Shown here piece by piece: positions 54,659-62,420 of a stretch of DNA of 64,000 nt. Source of the stretch: Pseudomonadota bacterium (GTDB taxonomy: Bacteria; Desulfobacterota; Desulfobacteria; Desulfobacterales; RPRI01); contig JAHIFE010000178.1 in NCBI GenBank assembly GCA_018901125.1, positions 4,989 through 68,988 of the forward strand, given 5' to 3'. The translations under genes and the position numbers were made by a program. Under the pieces are notes generated by a model. It was not told the origin of the DNA and searched no databases. It saw only the letters and a program-made list of their open reading frames with translations. Every line of letters starts with the position of its first letter. Position 1 is the stretch's first letter.

Positions 54659-55149
54659 AAAGCAAGCCCTCGTAGCACTAAATTTGTTTGGTCGGCATAT
54701 ATCAAAATACCAGACTGCTGGTAAATCCAAGCCTGTTAAAAAGCTTTATATGAACCGGCAACAATAATTTATACAACTTTCATGCCAAGAGCATTGCAAC
54801 AATTACTTCAATATTTACATATAGTTTTGACAGGATATCGAAATGCAACCGTCAAATAAATGGCACTATGCCCAGCTTGGGTTTATTAAACATAACTTTG
54901 CATCCATTCATAAACAGATAGCGGTTTGAAATATCAAAACATATTTCATTGTATATTTGGCATGTTAAGGAAAGGAACGGCCGTTATTTTTGCGGTTTGC
55001 ATACGAACTTACCCACCGATGTTGCTTCAGGCACATATTATGCAAATCTCAGGATATTATATTAATTGTTTGACTTAACTATCATAAAATGTTAAAAAAA
55101 ACTTATCAGTTCTATAAACACTACTATAAGCATCAACGGATACTATGCC

Positions 55150-56595
55150 GTGAAATCACCTTGGTTTAACCTTTGGTTTTCGGAGGGCATTATAAAACCG
55201 CAAATGCAATCGGGAAATACTATCCAACCGCTGAAATCTTCACCTTTCCGCAGGTTCGCAAAAGCGCTTGCAGAAAAATTCAAGATACAAATCTTCGCAG
55301 AAGCCGTTCAGGACGGCTTCGATGGTGCGGTATTATATGCCGATATTATTCAGAAATCATCCCAGCCATTGTTGGTTGCTAATCCGGACGCAACAATAAT
55401 ATCCTGCAATGAAGCTTATCTGAAAATCATGGGCTATACAAAAGAAGAATTTGAGAAAATCGAATGTGCTATAGACTTCACTCCGCCGGAGTGGCAGGAA
55501 ATCACCAGGGATAGCATGGAAGAGTTGCACCGTACAGGCCGTCCGGTAAGGTATGAAAAAGAATATATAAGAAAAGACTCAAAGCGTTTTCCGGTCGAAA
55601 TATTTCTTCATTTTATGAAAGATGAAAATGGCCTGCTGTATTGTTATTACGCTTTTACTACAGATATTACACAACGAAAGCTTGCGGAAGCGGCAATGAT
55701 ACAGGCAAAACTGCGTTATCGCAATTTGTTTGAAGAAGCTCCGGTTATGTATGTTATCACCCGCAACCAGGGTGGCGTGCCTGTTATTGTTGACTGCAAT
55801 GCGCTTTTTTTGAGCACTATGGGATACACAATTTCCGAAGTAATGGAGCATCCTCTGGGCGATTTTTACACGCCGGAATCTTGCGCCGAAATGCTGGAAG
55901 GCGGCGGTTATCAGCGTGCATTGTCGAACCGGTTTACAAGTGAAGAACGCAAGCTTTTAACACGGGATGGCAAAATTAAAGAAACATTGATGAGAGCCGT
56001 TCCGGAAAGTGATGCTGATGGCAACGTAACGGGAACGCGGGCAATGTTTATCGACGTAACTGCGCAGAAGCAGGCAGAAAGACAATTGCTGGCTTTGTCG
56101 TTGCGGCAGGAGGCTATCCTGTCGGCTATTCCCGATATTGTAATCGAAGTGGATGTTGATAAAGTATATACTTGGGCAAACGAAGCCGCTAAGGAATTTT
56201 TCGGCCCAGACGTTATAGGAAAAGAAGCTTCTTTCTATTATGCAGATGAGCAGGACACTTACAATCTGGTGAAACCGCTTCTAAGTGGTATCGAGGATTC
56301 AATTTATCTTGAAAGCCTCCAAATAAGAAAAGATGGCGAGAAACGTCTGCTGGCCTGGTGGTGCCGGGCGTTAAAGGATGAACATGGAAATGTGAGGGGC
56401 GCGCTTTCCACAGCACGCGACATCACCGAGCAAAGGCAGGCAAAAATACAGCTCGGCAGTAAAATCGAGGAGCTGCAGCGCTGGAATAAAGCAGTCATGG
56501 GCCGCGAAATGCGCGTTATTGAACTAAAGCGCGAGGTAAACGAACTTTTGGTAAAATCAGGGCAGCCAAAGCGTTATAATGATAATGAGCAGTGA
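55150..56595 (+). CDS. Three-PAS-domain protein without a catalytic output domain
   Basis: Three PAS/PAC repeats ending in DITQRK / DVTAQK / DITEQR, then the coiled tail ELQRWNKAVMGREMRVIELKREVNELL. Start uncertain. Confidence 0.8.
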   Translation: MKSPWFNLWFSEGIIKPQMQSGNTIQPLKSSPFRRFAKALAEKFKIQIFAEAVQDGFDGAVLYADIIQKSSQPLLVANPDATIISCNEAYLKIMGYTKEEFEKIECAIDFTPPEWQEITRDSMEELHRTGRPVRYEKEYIRKDSKRFPVEIFLHFMKDENGLLYCYYAFTTDITQRKLAEAAMIQAKLRYRNLFEEAPVMYVITRNQGGVPVIVDCNALFLSTMGYTISEVMEHPLGDFYTPESCAEMLEGGGYQRALSNRFTSEERKLLTRDGKIKETLMRAVPESDADGNVTGTRAMFIDVTAQKQAERQLLALSLRQEAILSAIPDIVIEVDVDKVYTWANEAAKEFFGPDVIGKEASFYYADEQDTYNLVKPLLSGIEDSIYLESLQIRKDGEKRLLAWWCRALKDEHGNVRGALSTARDITEQRQAKIQLGSKIEELQRWNKAVMGREMRVIELKREVNELLVKSGQPKRYNDNEQ

Positions 56596-59500
56596 TGACA
56601 TGTACAATAAAACATCTACTGAAAATACTTCCAAACTTCAAAACCCATCCTCTTCCCGCTGGATTGCGATAGCTCCTTTTTTATTGCTGTTTATGCTCAT
56701 TATTATAGCTGCTACCGAATATTTATATATCAGGCAGCAATATCGGGCAGCCAAAAAAGCGGCGCAAACAGAAATTTCTTCTGTAGCCAATCTTAAAGCA
56801 GGCCAGATTGAAAACTGGTATAAAGATCGTATAAAAGATGCCGAGATTGTTTCGAATAATATAATACTTCAAATGAAAGTGCAGCTTTTATTTTCCAACC
56901 CCGACAACGCAGATCTTAAGAAAGAAATACTTCAATGGATGGTAACTCAGCAAAAATATTATGAATACAAGCTGATGGTGCTTTATGACTCTGAGGGCAG
57001 GTCGCTGCTGTCTGTTCCTGAAGGCCTGGCCGCTTTTGATATTTCGCACAACCAATATTTTCAGGCTGCTTTGCGATCAAAAACTATTTTGCCGATTGAT
57101 CTGCACAAGGATCATGATTCCTGGAAATATATTCATCTTAGTATATATATTCCGATCAGAAATAATATTACGATCAGAAATAAACAGGGCGCAAATGATT
57201 TGGCGAAAGGGGCCTGGATGATACAGATTGATCCCTATCAGCTTTTGTATCCTCTGGTTCAAACATGGCCATCAGCAAGACAAAGCGCTGAAACTCTTCT
57301 TGTGCGGCGCGAAGGCGATGATGTCCTGTTTTTAAATGAACTGCGACACCGCCAGAATACAGCACTTGAGTTGCGGTTACCAATTTACCCCGATCGGCGG
57401 CTTCCTGCAGCTATGGCTTTAACGGGCTATGAAGGTATTATTGAGGGTCTTGACTACCGGAATGAGCAGGTACTTGCCGATGTGAGAAAGATAAAAGGGA
57501 CAAACTGGTTTATGGTAGCAAAGATTGATCGCAAAGAAATTTACGCCGGTATGTACCAACAGATATTGCTAAACGGGATCGCGCTTCTTGCCCTGCTTTT
57601 ATCCGCATCACTTGCAATAAGACTGCTGACAAGACAACACGATAACCGGATGCTCAAAGAACAGCTTGCCGCAGAGCAGGAGCGAAACGCCGCCATAGAA
57701 GCTCTTGCAGAAAGCAGGCAAAAAACCGCATTTTTTGCAGATGTGATCGAAAAATCATCGCAGCCTTTTCTTGTTGGTTATCCGGACGGTCGAATCGGCA
57801 TGTTTAACGATGCTTTTACAAAATTGCTTGGTTACAGCAAAGAGGAGATTGAAAAAATAAACCAGGCTCATCATTTTGCTTCAATACGGTCTGCGGATGA
57901 AGTGTCTAAACTGCAGGAATTAAATCGCACAGGTCAACCTGTCCGGTATGAAAAAGAATACATTAGAAAAGACGGCATGTACGCCCCAATCGAACTGTTG
58001 GTGCATCTGGTAAGAAAGGAAAATGGCCAGCCGGACTACTATTATGCTTTTATAACCGATATCACAGAGCGCAAGCTTGCGGAAAAAGCCGTTCTGGAAA
58101 GCAAAGAACGCCTGCAACTGGCACTTACGGCGGCTAATCATGGAATGTATGATCTTGATATAGAAACCGGCGAGGCCAAAACCAATCCTGAATATGCAAT
58201 GATTCTTGGCTATGATCCGGCCACCTTTGTGGAAACAAACGACAAATGGATCGAGCGTCTCCATCCGGATGACCGCGAACGCGTTTCCAAAACATACAGG
58301 GCATACATCGAGGGCAAACTTCCAACCTATCAGGTAGAATTTCGGCAACGAACAAAATCCGGCGATTGGAAATGGATTCTTTCTTTAGGAAAGATTCTTG
58401 AATATAGCGTTGAAGGCAAGCCGCTTCGTATGCTGGGGACGCATACCGACATCACCGAACGAAAACAGGCGGAAGAAAAAATCAGTAACAGCGAAACTCT
58501 TCTTAAACAAACCCAGAGATTAAGCCATGTTGGAGGTTGGGAGTATGATGTGGAAAGCAGGAGCATGTTATGGAGTGATGAAGTCTATAATATCCACGGC
58601 GTATCAAAAGACTATGATCCAAGCAATCCGGACTGGCATATAAACTTTTTCACTCCTGAAAACCGGGAAAAAATAAACAAGGCATTTATGCAGGCCCTCG
58701 AATACGGCGAGCCCTATGACCTTGTTTTGCAGTCAATAAAGGCAGATGGAACGCTGATATGGGTGCGGACGAGCGGACAGGCCGAACGCAAAGAAGGCAA
58801 GATAACCCGTGTGTTCGGCAATATAATGGATATCACGGAACGCATGCAGGCAGAGGAGCAGATGCTTGCCGCTAACGAAGAAATACGGATGCTGCTAAAA
58901 GATGCCGAGCAATCGCGCCTGGCTCTATTAAGCGTTGTTGAGGACCAGAAGGAGGCACAGAGGCAAATCCAGAAATTAAACGCCGAACTGGAGCAGCGCG
59001 TGCAGGAACGTACAGCCAGGCTCGAAACGGTAAATAAGGAACTTGAGGCATTCAGCTATTCCGTTTCTCATGATTTAAGGTCTCCGCTGCAGCACATAAC
59101 CGGTTTTGCAGAACTGCTGAACAAACGAGCGTACCAATCCCTTGATGAAAAGAGCAGACACTATATAAAAATAATAAAGGATTCTACTGGCCGGATGGGA
59201 GCGCTGATTGACGATCTTTTGTCATTTTCGCGAATGGGCCGTGCCGATATGATGAGAAAGAATGTAAACCTTGACAATATAGTAAAGGCAGTATTGGACG
59301 ATTTAAAGACAGAAACAAAAGAAAGAAATATCGAATGGAAAATCAATCCGCTTCCGGAAGTTACCGGAGATCCAGCCATGCTGAAACTTGTTTATGTCAA
59401 CCTTATATCCAATGCAGTTAAGTTTACAAAAGAGTGCGAAAAGGCTGTTATCGAAATAGGAAGTACATTCCGGAATAAAGGTGAAATATTTTTCTATGTA

Positions 59501-59791
59501 AAGGACAATGGAGCAGGTTTTGATATGAAATACGTTGATAAACTCTTTGGCCTTTTCCAGCGCCTTCACCGCTCCGAAGATTTTGACGGCACCGGCCTTG
59601 GTCTGGCCAATGTCCGCAGAATTATATACCGCCACGGAGGAAAAACCTGGGCAGAAGGAGAGGTGGACAAAGGAGCTACGATTTATTTCAGCTTGCCTGG
59701 GGAACAGGGATCAGGGATCGGGGATCGGGGATCGGGGATCGGGGGACAGGGAACAGGGGATCAGGATGTCGGTATCTTGAGGGAAGAGTAG
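56579..59791 (+). CDS. Membrane Cache-PAS-PAS-PAS sensor histidine kinase (phytochrome/CphA-type H-box) with a repeat-derived C-terminal tail
   Basis: Two TM, three PAS, FSYSVSHDLRSPL, NLISNAVKF, DNGAGFD, GTGLGL; tail GEQGSGIGDRGSGIGGQGTGDQ encoded by a 7-bp repeat. Confidence 0.93.
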   Translation: MIMSSDDMYNKTSTENTSKLQNPSSSRWIAIAPFLLLFMLIIIAATEYLYIRQQYRAAKKAAQTEISSVANLKAGQIENWYKDRIKDAEIVSNNIILQMKVQLLFSNPDNADLKKEILQWMVTQQKYYEYKLMVLYDSEGRSLLSVPEGLAAFDISHNQYFQAALRSKTILPIDLHKDHDSWKYIHLSIYIPIRNNITIRNKQGANDLAKGAWMIQIDPYQLLYPLVQTWPSARQSAETLLVRREGDDVLFLNELRHRQNTALELRLPIYPDRRLPAAMALTGYEGIIEGLDYRNEQVLADVRKIKGTNWFMVAKIDRKEIYAGMYQQILLNGIALLALLLSASLAIRLLTRQHDNRMLKEQLAAEQERNAAIEALAESRQKTAFFADVIEKSSQPFLVGYPDGRIGMFNDAFTKLLGYSKEEIEKINQAHHFASIRSADEVSKLQELNRTGQPVRYEKEYIRKDGMYAPIELLVHLVRKENGQPDYYYAFITDITERKLAEKAVLESKERLQLALTAANHGMYDLDIETGEAKTNPEYAMILGYDPATFVETNDKWIERLHPDDRERVSKTYRAYIEGKLPTYQVEFRQRTKSGDWKWILSLGKILEYSVEGKPLRMLGTHTDITERKQAEEKISNSETLLKQTQRLSHVGGWEYDVESRSMLWSDEVYNIHGVSKDYDPSNPDWHINFFTPENREKINKAFMQALEYGEPYDLVLQSIKADGTLIWVRTSGQAERKEGKITRVFGNIMDITERMQAEEQMLAANEEIRMLLKDAEQSRLALLSVVEDQKEAQRQIQKLNAELEQRVQERTARLETVNKELEAFSYSVSHDLRSPLQHITGFAELLNKRAYQSLDEKSRHYIKIIKDSTGRMGALIDDLLSFSRMGRADMMRKNVNLDNIVKAVLDDLKTETKERNIEWKINPLPEVTGDPAMLKLVYVNLISNAVKFTKECEKAVIEIGSTFRNKGEIFFYVKDNGAGFDMKYVDKLFGLFQRLHRSEDFDGTGLGLANVRRIIYRHGGKTWAEGEVDKGATIYFSLPGEQGSGIGDRGSGIGGQGTGDQDVGILREE
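59701..59764 (+). repeat. 7-bp tandem array GGA(T/A)C(G/A)G, about 9 units
   Basis: GGAACAG GGATCAG GGATCGG x4 GGGACAG GGAACAG GGGATCAG. Confidence 0.92.
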
Positions 59792-59797
59792 TAATTT

Positions 59798-59890
59798 ATG
59801 CATATTAATAGTTATCAGGTTATTGCGGCGTGGCAGAAATCAATAAGAAAGAATGTTATAAAATGTTTTCCCTGCCCCCCGTTCTCTTGA
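59798..59890 (+). pseudogene. Internally deleted four-helix-bundle gene (30-aa remnant)
   Basis: MHINSYQVIAAWQK matches the start (MHIKNYQDLEVWQK) and SIRKNV matches the end (LQKSIKKNI) of the intact gene at 60402-60767. Confidence 0.8.
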
Positions 59891-59895
59891 TCCCT
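59868..59895 (-). repeat. Inverted heptamer arm closing the remnant cassette
   Basis: TTCCCTGCCCCCCGTTC matches the reverse complement of 59737-59753 at 15/17 positions. Confidence 0.75.
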
Positions 59896-59910
59896 ATTTA
59901 AGGAAAATCA

Positions 59911-60354
59911 ATGAATATTTCATTAAATAAAATTTTGTTGGTAGAAGACAATATAAATGATGTGGAACTGGCCATGGAAGCTTTTTCAGAAAACAACATT
60001 GCAAACACGGTTGATGTAGTCCGTGATGGGGAAGAAGCTCTAGAATATCTTAAATACAAAGGTAAATTTTCATCACGATCTTCAGGCAATCCCGTGGTTA
60101 TTTTTTTAGATATCAATCTTCCCAAAATAAACGGGATTGAAGTGCTTAAAGCTATCAGAACTGATCACAAGCTGAAATTAATACCCGTGGTTATCTTTAC
60201 ATCCTCCCGCGAGGAAAAAGATCTTTTTGCAAGCTATAGTCTCGGTGTAAATGCTTATGTTGTAAAACCCATAGATTTCAATGAATTTGTAATAGCAGTC
60301 AGGTCGCTTGGATTATTCTGGGCAATCATCAATGAGCCTCCGCCGGAATTGTGA
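59911..60354 (+). CDS. Single-domain response regulator (Rcp1-type)
   Basis: ILLVEDN..D, FLDINLPKINGIEVL, IPVVIFTSS, YVVKP, FWAIINEPP. Confidence 0.93.
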   Translation: MNISLNKILLVEDNINDVELAMEAFSENNIANTVDVVRDGEEALEYLKYKGKFSSRSSGNPVVIFLDINLPKINGIEVLKAIRTDHKLKLIPVVIFTSSREEKDLFASYSLGVNAYVVKPIDFNEFVIAVRSLGLFWAIINEPPPEL

Positions 60355-60361
60355 GAAGAAA

Positions 60362-60391
60362 ATCGGGTGTCAGGGTCCAGGGGGCAGATAG
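60362..60391 (+). repeat. Upstream heptamer arm of the intact four-helix-bundle cassette
   Basis: CGGGTGT CAGGGTC CAGGGGG CAGATAG directly after the REC stop codon and before SD GGAG. Confidence 0.65.
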
Positions 60392-60401
60392 GAGTGTAAA
60401 T

Positions 60402-60767
60402 ATGCATATCAAAAATTATCAGGATCTTGAAGTGTGGCAGAAAGCTATGGATCTGGTAATTATGTGCTATAAGATAAGTGGTACATTTCCCAAGAATGAA
60501 GTATATGGCCTATCAAGCCAGTTACAGCGTGCTGCCGTATCGATACCTGCAAATATTGCTGAAGGCAGGGAAAGGCGCTACAGTAAAGAGTTCCTTCAAT
60601 ATTTATCAATCGCCTATGGCTCTTTGGCCGAAGTGGAAACGCACATTCATATAGCCAAACGGTTAGGCTATATCAACGAAAACCAATTCAACGAAACGCT
60701 GGGAAAAACATCTGAGATAGGGAGAATGTTAAATGGCCTGCAGAAGTCAATTAAAAAAAATATTTAA
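60402..60767 (+). CDS. Four-helix-bundle protein (23S rRNA intervening-sequence protein / bAvd-like family)
   Basis: YQDLEVWQKAMDL, FPKNEVYGLSSQLQRAAVSIPANIAEG, FLQYLSIAYGSLAEVETH, LGYI, MLNGL; 121 aa from ATG 60402. Confidence 0.95.
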   Translation: MHIKNYQDLEVWQKAMDLVIMCYKISGTFPKNEVYGLSSQLQRAAVSIPANIAEGRERRYSKEFLQYLSIAYGSLAEVETHIHIAKRLGYINENQFNETLGKTSEIGRMLNGLQKSIKKNI

Positions 60768-60778
60768 CAAGCGTTTTG

Positions 60779-60813
60779 CCCATGACGCCCGATCCCTGTT
60801 CCCTGGCAACTGA
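60779..60813 (-). repeat. Downstream inverted heptamer arm of the intact cassette
   Basis: CCCATGA CGCCCGA TCCCTGT TCCCTGG CAACTGA; TGACGCCCGAT pairs with ATCGGGTGTCA (60362-60372) with one G-U. Confidence 0.72.
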
Positions 60814-60817
60814 CTAT

Positions 60818-62194
60818 ATGGAACAAAACCTTAATATACTAAACCTTGAAGACAGTCCTAATGATTCTGAGCTGATAAAGGAAATTCTTTTTGATGCAGG
60901 AATTGAATGCGATATTATTCGTGTGGAAAATGAAAAAGACTATCTTTGGGCAATCGAAAATCATAATATAGATATTATACTTGCAGATTACACGCTTCCT
61001 TTATTTGACGGCCTGTCTGCGCTGAAAATTGCGCTGAAAAAATGTCCTGATGTGCCTTTTGTTTTTGTTACCGGTACGCTGGGCGAGGAGATTGCGGTTG
61101 AATCTTTAAAAAGCGGCGCAACAGATTATGTCCTTAAAGACGGGCTTCTGCGGCTTGTCCCGGCAGTTCAAAAGGCTTTAAGGGAAGTAGAATTTAAAAT
61201 AAAGCGAAAGCAAAGTGAAAATGCCTTGCGCGAATCGGAGGAAAAATACCGGGAGCTGGTAGAAAGCATCAGCAGTATTCTTTATACGGTAGATAACAAA
61301 GGAATTGTTACATATATCAGTCCATCGGTGCAGGCATTGATAGGATATAGTTCATCTGAAATTATCGGGCGTTCTTTATTTGTACTTATCTATCCGGAAG
61401 ATATTTCTTATATTGAGAAACAGTTTAAAAAAAGGCTATCAAACAGCCTTGAACCCAGCGAATACAGGATCGTTAAAAAATCAGGAGAAACAATATGGGT
61501 GACTTCTTCAAGCCGCGAGATAATCAGAGAAAAAAAGCTTGTCGGCTTACGCGGCCTGATTGTTAATATAGATGAGGATAAAAAATTTAAAGAAAAACTG
61601 AATGAAAGCCTCGATAGACTCCAAAATGCCAACAGAGGCATTATACAGGCCATGGCATTGACGATAGAAACACGCGACCCTTACACAGCAGGCCATCAGA
61701 GGCGTGTGGCCTGTCTTGCCCGGGCAATTGCCACAGAAATGAATTTGTCTGAACAGCAGATAGAGGGACTCAATATGGCAGGATCAATACACGATCTTGG
61801 CAAGCTGTCGGTTCCTGCCGATATTTTAAGCAAACCATCGAGATTAAGCGAAATTGAATACGAGCTTATAAAGATTCATCCTGAAGCAGGTTATAATATC
61901 TTAAAAGATATAGAATTTCCATGGCCTGTTGCACAAATCATATTACAGCACCACGAAAGGATGGATGGCTCAGGATATCCCAAAGGTTTAATGGGAGAAG
62001 ATATTATCATGGAATCCCGGATATTGAGTGTAGCCGATGTTGTAGAAGCCATATCGTCCCACCGTCCTTATCGTTCTGCTCAGGGAGTTGACAAAGCTCT
62101 GGAGGAAGTTGCCGACAAAAAAGGCATCCTCTATGATCCGGTGGTGGTTGATGCCTGTCTGAGAGTTTTTAAGGAAAAAGGATTTAAGTTCTGA
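60818..62194 (+). CDS. REC-PAS-HD-GYP c-di-GMP phosphodiesterase
   Basis: ILNLEDS, ILADY; PAS; RDPYTAGHQRRV, HDLGK, HHERMDGSGYP. The true start is MEQN (60818); the longer track start runs through the repeat arm. Confidence 0.93.
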   Translation: MEQNLNILNLEDSPNDSELIKEILFDAGIECDIIRVENEKDYLWAIENHNIDIILADYTLPLFDGLSALKIALKKCPDVPFVFVTGTLGEEIAVESLKSGATDYVLKDGLLRLVPAVQKALREVEFKIKRKQSENALRESEEKYRELVESISSILYTVDNKGIVTYISPSVQALIGYSSSEIIGRSLFVLIYPEDISYIEKQFKKRLSNSLEPSEYRIVKKSGETIWVTSSSREIIREKKLVGLRGLIVNIDEDKKFKEKLNESLDRLQNANRGIIQAMALTIETRDPYTAGHQRRVACLARAIATEMNLSEQQIEGLNMAGSIHDLGKLSVPADILSKPSRLSEIEYELIKIHPEAGYNILKDIEFPWPVAQIILQHHERMDGSGYPKGLMGEDIIMESRILSVADVVEAISSHRPYRSAQGVDKALEEVADKKGILYDPVVVDACLRVFKEKGFKF

Positions 62195-62359
62195 CGTCTT
62201 TGTACAATTTTCTCTGCTTCGCTGCGCTTCATTGCTCAAGCTTTGTGCACCTTTCATATGAAGCCTTTATAGAAGACACCAAAATATATTGAAGTTAGCA
62301 TCATGTCCAGATCAAGTCGCAAGTAACGTTTTTATACAAGTACATCAGGATCTATAAAT

Positions 62360-62402
62360 TGAATAGTAAGCAACATATCGATATTCGTTGTTCACTGTTC
62401 GA
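62360..62402. repeat. Heptamer hairpin at a gene junction
   Basis: GAATAGTAAGCAAC (62361-62374) pairs with GTTGTTCACTGTTC (62387-62400) with G-U pairs and one mismatch; same unit family as 44695-44743. Confidence 0.62.
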
Positions 62403-62420
62403 TCAGCAGGAGATTGTGCG

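Noticed and set aside
54730-55150. sigma54 promoter in the divergent region (TGGCAC/TGGCAT hits)
   Set aside because: None has the GG-N10-GC spacing.
56575-56600. ATAATGATAATGAGCAGTGATGA at the PAS-protein/kinase overlap as a heptamer array
   Set aside because: Too short and degenerate, with no inverted arm; explicable as an ordinary coding overlap.
59700-60813. Diversity-generating retroelement (the four-helix-bundle protein resembles bAvd)
   Set aside because: No reverse transcriptase and no template/variable repeat pair with adenine-specific mismatches is visible in the window.
60351-60817. Extended N-termini given by the ORF track for the four-helix-bundle gene (60351) and the HD-GYP gene (60776)
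   Set aside because: The extensions are translations of the heptamer arms; the family-typical starts are at 60402 (with SD GGAG) and 60818.
62195-62360. Low-complexity GCTTC/GCAG-rich stretch after the HD-GYP stop as another cassette arm or gene remnant
   Set aside because: Periodicity is inconsistent and no recognisable coding remnant was found in any frame.
43424-62402. CRISPR array interpretation of the short repeats
   Set aside because: Units are 7 bp, tandem and degenerate, with no 23-50 bp repeats separated by unique spacers and no cas genes.
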